From: an uncultured Actinomycetes bacterium
GTDB lineage: Bacteria; Actinomycetota; Acidimicrobiia; Acidimicrobiales; Microtrichaceae
Direction of reading: 5' to 3'
Assembly (NCBI GenBank): GCA_903925745.1
Contig: CAIYGQ010000218.1
Location: 12,274 to 76,273, forward strand
DNA length: 64,000 bases
Numbering within the stretch: position 1 is the first letter of the stretch; each line of letters opens with the position of its first letter. A model generated the notes under the pieces. The model saw only the letters and a program-made list of their open reading frames with translations, was not told the DNA's origin and did no database searches. Positions 45,467-53,200 of the stretch are shown here, in pieces. The position numbers were made by a program, and so were the translations under genes.

Positions 45467-47493
45467 TGGAACAGGCCGACGTGTCGGGCGCTGCCGGTCG
45501 GGTCGTCGACGTGGTCGCAGCGTTGTCGTTGAGCGTGCTGCCCGGGCCCCAGCTGGGGCCGGACTGGCCCAGCGAAGGCGAGAAGCTCCCGGCGTGGCTG
45601 TCGAACGAGGACCATCAGCGCCGGGCCGCCACCTGGGTCGTCGAGCACCGTCCCGACACACCGTCGAGCGAGCTCACGCCCTTGCCGGCGATCCTGGACC
45701 GGTATCCGTCCGGCTCCCGACTTCGCCTGCACCTGCTCGTCGACCCGGACGATCCGATCCACGGACCGGTGGTTGGCGTGCTGCGTCAGGTGGTCGAGCT
45801 GATCGAGGCGACACGGGGACGGGTCGAGGTCGTCGAGGTGCCCGTTGCCGCCGGGTTCACCAGCATGGAGGGTGCAGGCGTTGCGGGCGTCTCGGTCCCC
45901 GACGCCCTCGCTCCACTGGTCGCCTCGGGTGGCGACGTGTGGGTCAACGCAACCAGCTCCGTCCGGGCAGTGTCGATCCAGGCCGTTGCGCTTGCCGGAG
46001 TCGCCGGCTGGAACGTGTTCATCATTCCGGACCGGGACAAGGCCGAGATCCACGTGCTCGACCTCCGGGCGATCGGCCCCGACCGGACAGCGGTCATGGC
46101 GGTCCTGGACGACGACGACCTGTCGACCGTGCTCGACCGGCTCGAGAACGATGACGCAACTCCGGCTCGGTCGGCACCGACCCCCACGTTCGCGGGTCTG
46201 GGTCCATCGTTGCGTTCGTACTACGAGACGCTGGTGGCTCGTCTGCCCGACCGTCCTGCCCACCCCGCAACCGCGGCCGTGCTCGCCCGTCACGCCCGGT
46301 CTGGTCGGCCGGGGCGAGAGGATGCGGGGAGGTTGTCGGAGACCCTCGCAGCGTGCGTGCAGCGGTGGGTCGACCAGAGGCTCTGGTCGCTGAACCTCAT
46401 CCCCGAGATCGTCGTCCACGACGACCGCCACGTCGAGCGAGTCGACGGCTTCCTGGCACTGTTGGTCGCTCCGTTGCTGCACGCCGGAACGCTCACACCG
46501 CACCAGGTGGCGGCGTTGTCGGCCGCGGCGTGGCTGCACGATTGGGGTCACGTCGGCTCCCGTCTGGGTGACGGGTACGTCAGCCACCCGATCGCCGTCC
46601 GGTACCTGCACGGTCTGTTGTCCCGCCAACTGATCACCGATTCCCCCGCAACCCACGGACTCGAGGGTCTTGGTCCGGGAACCGCTGACCTCGTGGGTGT
46701 GCTGTGTGCCCACCACCAACGGTGGTGTTCGTGTTCGGATGTGGGCGTCGATCAGCGGGGCAAGCAGTTCGGTGTGCTGGGCATCTACAGCGACGAACCG
46801 GCGGCCCTGGCCCCGTCACTGCACTCCGAGGCGGACCGACTCCGGATCGACTCCGAGCAGCTGGAGCTGATGGTGGCCCTCCTGCGGATCGCGGATGCGT
46901 GCGACGTGGGTGCGCACCGGGCTCCGGCCCACGGGCGGGGACGCAGTGAGTTCTTGGTGAACTGCGCCCGCAGGGAATTGGACCGGACCGAGTCACACCT
47001 GCACCAGCTCGCAGCCGGCACCCAACTGCAGCCCGAGCTGCTGGACTGGGTCGGGCAGCTCCGGCAGTCGGTGGAGAGCCTCTGGGAGCACGGGTACCAG
47101 GGGCCATCGATCAGTCTTCCGGCCCCACCTGACCTCGAGGGTGCATCAGCCGCCGTGCGGGCGGTCGTTCAACTGAGTCAGACCTACCTGGAAGTGCTCG
47201 CCGATCGCGACCACGACGACCTGCACCGGAGCATCAGCCTCGTCAGATTGCGAATCGACCTGCTCCCCGGTCCGGTTGTGAGCGTGGCTCCACAGGTCTG
47301 GATGGCTCCTGACTGCGGTGTTCAGGGCGAGACGATGCGAGCGATGATGGACGAGGCGCTCGACAACGAGCTGAACTGCGCGACGTCCAGCGGGACGGTG
47401 CGCGACACGGTTGGACACGCCGGTCTGTGGTTCGGTCAGGTGGAGTCCGGCCCGGTCGGTCAGGGTCCTCACGGGTTGCTGACCGAGTCCTGA
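45463..47493 (+). CDS. Rossmann (CARF-like) N-terminus fused to HD-domain phosphohydrolase
   Basis: LRLHLLVDPDD..VWVNATSSVRAVS at the N-terminus. HD domain HVERVDGFLALL..AAAWLHDWGHVGS..LCAHHQRW..RIADACD. Confidence 0.6.
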   Translation: MMEQADVSGAAGRVVDVVAALSLSVLPGPQLGPDWPSEGEKLPAWLSNEDHQRRAATWVVEHRPDTPSSELTPLPAILDRYPSGSRLRLHLLVDPDDPIHGPVVGVLRQVVELIEATRGRVEVVEVPVAAGFTSMEGAGVAGVSVPDALAPLVASGGDVWVNATSSVRAVSIQAVALAGVAGWNVFIIPDRDKAEIHVLDLRAIGPDRTAVMAVLDDDDLSTVLDRLENDDATPARSAPTPTFAGLGPSLRSYYETLVARLPDRPAHPATAAVLARHARSGRPGREDAGRLSETLAACVQRWVDQRLWSLNLIPEIVVHDDRHVERVDGFLALLVAPLLHAGTLTPHQVAALSAAAWLHDWGHVGSRLGDGYVSHPIAVRYLHGLLSRQLITDSPATHGLEGLGPGTADLVGVLCAHHQRWCSCSDVGVDQRGKQFGVLGIYSDEPAALAPSLHSEADRLRIDSEQLELMVALLRIADACDVGAHRAPAHGRGRSEFLVNCARRELDRTESHLHQLAAGTQLQPELLDWVGQLRQSVESLWEHGYQGPSISLPAPPDLEGASAAVRAVVQLSQTYLEVLADRDHDDLHRSISLVRLRIDLLPGPVVSVAPQVWMAPDCGVQGETMRAMMDEALDNELNCATSSGTVRDTVGHAGLWFGQVESGPVGQGPHGLLTES

Positions 47494-47647
47494 AGCAACC
47501 GAGGAGTCGGGCTCACTACGACGGTCGCCGACCTTCGCGACACACCAGGCCGCCGATTCGAGCCGTCTGCTCCCGCCGCTGGATTCCGCTGCAGAGTGGG
47601 CTGGCTCGACTGTCAGACCACTCGTCAGACCTCCAGCTGGGTCGACC

Positions 47648-47797
47648 TCACCGAGTCCCGGTGCCCTTGCACCGAGGGCACTTCCCCGTGTTGGCGCAGG
47701 TCCGACAATCCCGGGCCACGCCGATCGGATTGGTGTAGCCCCTGCCCTTGCAGACTCCGCAGACTTTCGAGCCCTTGCACTCGCCGCACTCTGCCAT
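47648..47797 (-). CDS. 49-aa DnaJ-type zinc-finger mini-protein (not in the supplied ORF track)
   Basis: My translation: MAECGECKGSKVCGVCKGRGYTNPIGVARDCRTCANTGKCPRCKGTGTR, i.e. four CxxC(x)G(x)G units. GGAGGGG lies 7 nt upstream of the ATG. High GC3. Confidence 0.55.
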   Translation of the reverse strand: MAECGECKGSKVCGVCKGRGYTNPIGVARDCRTCANTGKCPRCKGTGTR

Positions 47798-47967
47798 CTC
47801 GTCTTCCCCTCCGATTTTCACGACTGCCGCGCAGGTTGTCGCAGTCTTCCCGGTCGTTGAATCCTTGGGATTGGATTCATTCCGCTCGGATGATTCCGTC
47901 TGGACCTGTGCTGACCTGCTCGTGCATCTGCGGGTCGACCGCTTGTCCAGTTGTTCACCTGGGGTGA

Positions 47968-48829
47968 ACCCAAGTCCGTATCGGTGGTGATCAACGCGTA
48001 CGTGATCTCTCGTTCACTCAGTGAATCACGCCGTGTCAGTTTCAGTCCGTATCGGTATTTCAGGGGCCCCTGAACGAGACCGAAAGGCTGAACATGGGAA
48101 CCAAGAGTTTCAGTCCGTATCGGTATTTCAGGGGCCCCTGAACCCGCCATAAGGCCTATCGTTGGCGACGGTAGTTTCAGTCCGTATCGGTATTTCAGGG
48201 GCCCCTGAACGGAGAGAGCCCAGCTCGACTTGTGCAGGCAGTTTCAGTCCGTATCGGTATTTCAGGGGCCCCTGAACAAGCCGGTGTCGGATGAGGTTCG
48301 CAAGAAGAGTTTCAGTCCGTATCGGTATTTCAGGGGCCCCTGAACCTGAAAGGCAAAAAATGGAGACACTGGAGATCCAGTTTCAGTCCGTATCGGTATT
48401 TCAGGGGCCCCTGAACACAGGCACGGTTCCCTCGCCGTAAACGAGATGTTTCAGTCCGTATCGGTATTTCAGGGGCCCCTGAACCAAGGGCCCAACTAAG
48501 GAGCACCCCATGAGCACGTTTCAGTCCGTATCGGTATTTCAGGGGCCCCTGAACGAACGGACAGATCCCTCGTGGATCACCCTTCCTGTTTCAGTCCGTA
48601 TCGGTATTTCAGGGGCCCCTGAACGTTCAGAGCACAGAGGAACGTAGACCCCTATAGTTTCAGTCCGTATCGGTATTTCAGGGGCCCCTGAACAGATCCT
48701 CTGAAGGGTAGAGCGCTGCTCCCCGTTTCAGTCCGTATCGGTATTTCAGGGGCCCCTGAACCAGCGAATACCTGGTGGGGACCGGCATCTTCGTTTCAGT
48801 CCGTATCGGTATTTCAGGGGCCCCTGAAC
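47968..48829 (-). CRISPR. CRISPR array 1: 12 identical 37-nt repeats plus one degenerate terminal repeat
   Basis: Plus-strand repeat gtttcagtccgtatcggtatttcaggggcccctgaac. Starts at 48039, 48107, 48174, 48241, 48309, 48380, 48448, 48518, 48588, 48657, 48725 and 48793. Degenerate copy at 47968-48004. Spacers are 30-34 nt. Orientation is minus: the leader lies on the right, the degenerate repeat on the left, and the reverse-complement repeat ends in ..ACTGAAAC. Confidence 0.97.
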
Positions 48830-49012
48830 AGCACCCCCTCGGATCCCTGTCCTGGCGGGCCGGAACTGGCCTCTCGCGCCAACCCCCCTCGGACCGGTCC
48901 TGACGGCGAGCACCCTAGCACTGTGGAAAACCCCGAGCCACCCCGGCAGCACTGCGATCGCGCCGCTTGCGCCAACCCCTGTGGACAACCCGGGGTCCGG
49001 GAGGTTGGCGCG
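48830..49012 (-). promoter_or_regulatory. CRISPR leader, copy 1 (183 bp, near-identical to 58577-58759)
   Basis: The sequence flanking the last intact repeat is conserved between the two arrays up to ..ggtccgggaggttggcgcg, then diverges. Confidence 0.8.
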
Positions 49013-49284
49013 AAACGTGGAATCGGTTGACCGGAGAGCGGCATTTGACCTGATCGAGTTCCCCGGATCGAGCTCGAAACTCCCGGATTGCGTCCGCATC
49101 GCCCGATTGCCACTGTCCGGTCGACCTGCTGGTCGGGCCGGGTTCGCGCGGTCGAGGCCCGGCCGGTTCGCACGCCCCGAGCCTACAGAGATCGCGAGTT
49201 CCGCTGACCCGACCCGACAGCTCGCGCCGGACTGTCGGCACCCGGATCCGCCCGGCCGGGCGAATCCGTCCGTCAGGCGGGGGC

Positions 49285-50253
49285 GTGCCGTCCAAGCCGA
49301 CCCTCTACCAACGCATCCACCAGCGCTCTGCGCTCTACTCGGCGTGGGGCCGCGTCGTCCGTGGTACCGAGATGCCGGGTGCGGACGGTGTCAGCCTGAG
49401 CCGGTTCGGACACGACCTGGACGGCCACATCGAACGGTTGCGATCGACGCTCGCTGATCGGACCTACCGGCCCGGGCCGCTGCGCACCTTCGAACGATCG
49501 GCGGGCGGGCGGCGCCGCGTGTTCGCCGTCCCGACCGTCCGGGACCGTGTGGCCCAGCGTGCTGCGCTCGACGTACTGGCCCGTCGGCTCGGGCGGACCG
49601 AACACGCCGACAGCTTCGCCTACCGGCGCGGCACCGGTTGGACCGACGCGCTCCGTCGGGTCGCAGCGCACCGGGACGATGGGCTCCGCTGGGTCTACCG
49701 CTTCGACATCGAGCGGTTCTTCGAGTCGATCCCGCACGGCCAGCTCGAGGAGGCGCTGTTGCGGTCGCTCGTCTCCCCGCCGGTCGTCGAGCTGCTCATG
49801 CGGTGGGTGTCGGCGCCGGTGGTGACAGCCGACGGCATGGAGCAGCCCAGCGTCGGGGTGCCCATGGGGACCGCGATCGCCTCGGCGCTGGCCAATCACT
49901 ATCTGACACCCCTCGATCTGGGCGTGGACTCGCCGACCTCCCGCGTCGTGCGTTACGCCGACGACCTGGTGGTGGCGTGCTCCGACCTGGACGCGGCCCT
50001 GCAGGCGCAGGTCCGGGCCGAGTGCATCCTCACCCGACTCGGGCTGCGACCCAACCCGGCCAAGAGCTACGTGTCGAGCTTCGACCGTGGCTTCGGGTTC
50101 CTCGGCTGGGTGTTCCACGGCGACGGCGGCTGGCCGGAGGACCCGAACGACTGGCCGCACCCCATGGCCACCTCGCGGGGTCCAGGGGTGCGTCGGCAGC
50201 GAACGGATCGGGACCTTGGTGAGGACCGCGACCCGGTGGCGGTGATCGCGTGA
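49285..50253 (+). CDS. CRISPR-associated group II intron-like reverse transcriptase (stand-alone)
   Basis: RT motifs RVFAVPTVRDRVAQRA, YRFDIERFFESIPH, GVPMGTAIASALANHYL, VRYADDLVVAC (YADD), LGLRPNPAKSYV and FGFLGW. GTGA overlap with cas1. Confidence 0.85.
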   Translation: MPSKPTLYQRIHQRSALYSAWGRVVRGTEMPGADGVSLSRFGHDLDGHIERLRSTLADRTYRPGPLRTFERSAGGRRRVFAVPTVRDRVAQRAALDVLARRLGRTEHADSFAYRRGTGWTDALRRVAAHRDDGLRWVYRFDIERFFESIPHGQLEEALLRSLVSPPVVELLMRWVSAPVVTADGMEQPSVGVPMGTAIASALANHYLTPLDLGVDSPTSRVVRYADDLVVACSDLDAALQAQVRAECILTRLGLRPNPAKSYVSSFDRGFGFLGWVFHGDGGWPEDPNDWPHPMATSRGPGVRRQRTDRDLGEDRDPVAVIA

Positions 50254-51233
50254 GCGGGACGGCCACGGTGTACCTGACCGGGCGCAACTCGTCCATGGCG
50301 CTGCGCGGCAACCGGCTGGTCGGTCGCGATGGTGACCAGGTGCGTTGGACCCTGCCCGTGGCGCGTGTGCGCATGGTGGTCGCCAGCGGTGAACCGACCA
50401 TCACCGGCCCGGCGTTGGTCACCCTCATGCGGCGGGGGGTGCCCGTGACCTGGCTCAACCGGAACGGTCGGGCCCTCGCCCGGGTGAGCCCGGCGGCGTC
50501 GAGCACTGGGGCGGACCGACTCCGGCAGGTCGAGGCGTCGGTGGAGCGGAGCGAGCGACTCCGGCTCGCCCGACGGTTCGTGCTCGCGAAGGTCCACAAC
50601 CAACGGACCCTGCTGGTTCGCCGGTGCCGCCGCGCCGGGCTGGCGCAACCCGGGTCGGTGGCGACGCTCGCCCGCATCCTCGACCGCGGCACGACCGCAG
50701 CGAGCATTCCGGAGCTGTTCGGCCTCGAGGGAGCGGCCGCGAGCGCCTACTACCGGACGCTCCGGTTGCTGGTGCCGGCCGAGGCCGGCTTCCAGCGGAG
50801 GGACCGGGCCTCACGGGATGTGGTCAACCAGGCGACCAACTACGCATCCGGCCTGCTCCGGGAGCACCTGCTGGTTCCGGTCGTCGCCGCCGGCCTGGAC
50901 CCCGGGGTGTCGTTCCTCCACGAGCCCGACCCATCCCGTCCGACGCTCGTGTTCGACCTCATGGAGGAGTGGCGCGCCCCGCTCGTGGACTCGGTGGCGC
51001 TCACGCTGGTGTGCCGGGGCGAGCTCGGCGACGGGGATCTGGACGAGGACGGTCGTCTGGCGCTCGACGCTCGGCGTCGGATCATCACGCGGGTCGAGGA
51101 GCGGCTCGACCAGCAGGTCGCCGGCGCCGATGGCGTGGCCCGCACCTACCGGAGCCACCTGTCGGTCCAGGTCGGTCGACTCGTCGAGCACCTGCGGGGC
51201 CGACGGGACTACGAGGGGTTCGCGTGGCGATGA
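50250..51233 (+). CDS. cas1: Cas1 integrase
   Basis: LFGLEGAAASAYY, VNQATNYASGLL, GLDPGVSFLHEP and LVFDLMEEWRAPLVD. Confidence 0.85.
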   Translation: MSGTATVYLTGRNSSMALRGNRLVGRDGDQVRWTLPVARVRMVVASGEPTITGPALVTLMRRGVPVTWLNRNGRALARVSPAASSTGADRLRQVEASVERSERLRLARRFVLAKVHNQRTLLVRRCRRAGLAQPGSVATLARILDRGTTAASIPELFGLEGAAASAYYRTLRLLVPAEAGFQRRDRASRDVVNQATNYASGLLREHLLVPVVAAGLDPGVSFLHEPDPSRPTLVFDLMEEWRAPLVDSVALTLVCRGELGDGDLDEDGRLALDARRRIITRVEERLDQQVAGADGVARTYRSHLSVQVGRLVEHLRGRRDYEGFAWR

Positions 51234-51511
51234 TCCTCCAGTCCGACGGTTGGATCGTCTCCTACGACGTCGCACTCGAGCGGAACAGGCGCCAGCTGCG
51301 CCGAATCCTCGACGGTGTCGGCCACCGAATCCTGTTCAGCACCTACGCCGTCGACGACCTCCGGCGTGGCGACCTGGCTGAACTGGTGGGCCAGCTCGCC
51401 GAGTGGATCGGACCGACGGATTCGCTGCTCGGTGACCACCACTGCCAGTGGTGCGCTCCCGTATCGGTCGGGCACGCACACGACCTGGTCGACCGGTGCC
51501 GAATCGCATGA
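51230..51511 (+). CDS. cas2: Cas2-like protein (first of two)
   Basis: 93 aa. WIVSYDV..RRQLRRILDGVGHRILFSTYAV fits the Cas2 beta-alpha-beta pattern. ATGA overlaps on both sides. Confidence 0.5.
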   Translation: MILQSDGWIVSYDVALERNRRQLRRILDGVGHRILFSTYAVDDLRRGDLAELVGQLAEWIGPTDSLLGDHHCQWCAPVSVGHAHDLVDRCRIA

Positions 51512-51840
51512 CCCGTTCCGCCAATGGCAGCCCACCCCTCGTCGCCGCACGCCGGTTGGAGCGACTCGCACTGGTGTCGTTCGACGTCTTCGACGACCGT
51601 CGCCGGCGGAGTGTCCGACGGGTGCTGCGCCAACACGGCGACTGGTTCCAGCAGAGCCTGTGGATCGCTGAGCGTTCCAGCCGGGTGACCGTCGAGCGCC
51701 TGACTGCGGACCTCGGGTCGGAGCTCGCCGGACGTGACCGCGCGGTGCTGCACCGGCCGTGTGATGGATGCGCTCCGTTGCTGTGGTGGTATCCGACGCA
51801 CCGGGCCCCCACCGAGGGGGACGGTGCGGTGATCACGTGA
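51508..51840 (+). CDS. cas2: Cas2 (second of two)
   Basis: 110 aa. LALVSFDVFDDRRRRSVRRVLRQHGDWFQQSLWIAE is a classic Cas2 N-terminal signature. Confidence 0.65.
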   Translation: MTRSANGSPPLVAARRLERLALVSFDVFDDRRRRSVRRVLRQHGDWFQQSLWIAERSSRVTVERLTADLGSELAGRDRAVLHRPCDGCAPLLWWYPTHRAPTEGDGAVIT

Positions 51841-51927
51841 GTGACGTCGACGCTCGGTCGCCTCAGCCGGGGGTGACCCACGGCCGGCCCGACGCCTACG
51901 ATTCGGGATGGGAGTGAGGAGACGACA

Positions 51928-53106
51928 GTGACAGAACACCTGTGGATGCTGATCGGGAAGAGTCCGATCCCGATTGCGATCGCCATCGAGTGCCTGCGTC
52001 CGACGCGCGTGACACCGATCGCCACTGATCCGTCGGCGGTGGACCAGCTGCGGACCGCCTACCCGTGGGTTGCATGGACCCCGACGGTCGTGGTCGATGG
52101 GTTCGAGCCGAACCGGGCTGGCGAGACCCTCCGCGAAGCCGGGCTCGAACCTGGTGACCTGTTCTGGGGGCCGGGCACCACCCCGATGAACATCGAGGTG
52201 GTCCACCGCTGGACGCTCGACCAGGCGACCACGTGGGGCGACAACGAGTTCCGCCGGTGGTACCTGCCGGCACGAGGAGGGGTCCTGCTGCCCGACACGG
52301 GTCCCGAGGTGCGGGTCGCCGACGGTTTGGCGGCCGCGATTCGCGACCGCGTGGACGTCCTGTGCACGCTCGACGACTTGCTCACCTTGTCCCGTCTGCC
52401 CCCGGGTTCCGTCGTCCGGTCAGCCCGCCAGGTCACGCCGCCGGATGCGAGCCCCTACGACCCTGACCTTCTGTGCCAACCGGTGGTCGACCTGCTCGAA
52501 TTCCAACCCGCAAACCCGGCGACGATTCAATCCGCAACGATCGGCGGGGGCGGCACCCGTGGGGATCTGCTCGAGGCGGTGGTGTTCCACCTGGTCGTGA
52601 AGATCTTGGACGGGGTTCGGTCGTCGCTGCCGACCACGGTGTCGTTGAACGTCGTGGCCGCACCGCCCGGTCAACCACCGGTCGTGGAACTCGACGTGGT
52701 GATCCAGAGCGGACCACTCCTGACCAACATCTCCTGCGGGGCCGTCCAACAGAACGTGCTGAAGCTCAAGAGCATGGAGGCTCAGCAGCGGGCCCAGCAG
52801 ATGGGTGGTTCCGAGGCCCGAGCGTGCCTGGTCGGCCAGCGAACCAACCTGACGGCGGCCGGTGGCGTTCCGCAGCGTCACAGCATCGTGAGCGAGGACT
52901 CGCCCGAGCAGCGCCGTCGGCTGGGGATCGTCGAGGACTGGGGGTCGTCGGGTGCACGGATCGGGCTCTGCCGGCTCGACGAGCTCTTCGCCAGCCGGGA
53001 TCCCGCCGATGTGCGCTCGGGCCTCCAGGACCCCGTGGCGCAGGCGCCCTCGATCCCGGGTCTGGCGGAGTTCGTGGCATTCGTCCGGAACTCGGTGTTC
53101 GGGTGA
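51928..53106 (+). CDS. CARF + restriction-endonuclease-fold protein, paralog of 41955-43340
   Basis: MLIGKSPIPIAIAIECLRPTRVTPIAT and GPGTTPMN CARF loop. C-terminal LLEAVV..ELDVVIQSGPLLTNISCG..QMGGSEARACLV. Confidence 0.6.
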   Translation: MTEHLWMLIGKSPIPIAIAIECLRPTRVTPIATDPSAVDQLRTAYPWVAWTPTVVVDGFEPNRAGETLREAGLEPGDLFWGPGTTPMNIEVVHRWTLDQATTWGDNEFRRWYLPARGGVLLPDTGPEVRVADGLAAAIRDRVDVLCTLDDLLTLSRLPPGSVVRSARQVTPPDASPYDPDLLCQPVVDLLEFQPANPATIQSATIGGGGTRGDLLEAVVFHLVVKILDGVRSSLPTTVSLNVVAAPPGQPPVVELDVVIQSGPLLTNISCGAVQQNVLKLKSMEAQQRAQQMGGSEARACLVGQRTNLTAAGGVPQRHSIVSEDSPEQRRRLGIVEDWGSSGARIGLCRLDELFASRDPADVRSGLQDPVAQAPSIPGLAEFVAFVRNSVFG

Positions 53107-53200
53107 GCCCCACCCTGCGGACTGGAACCGCTCGCACAGCGGGTGCTCGCAGTCCCGGTCGGCTCCGACTCGTCGGTGAACGCCGGGCGGTGAGGGGCTG

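Noticed and set aside
47951-47967. Palindrome gttcacc-tgg-ggtgaac next to the degenerate repeat, plus a shared gttgttcacc at both array trailers.
   Set aside because: A 7-bp stem with a 3-nt loop is too weak to call a terminator. The 10-nt match between trailers lies within the start region of a gene at array 2 and may be coincidental.
47818-49295. ORFs running through CRISPR array 1 and its leader (47818-48150, 48746-49099, 48814-49173, 48915-49295, 48981-49457).
   Set aside because: They are made of repeat/spacer or leader sequence and contain the recurring peptide from the repeat (GPLKYRYGLK), so they are not genes.
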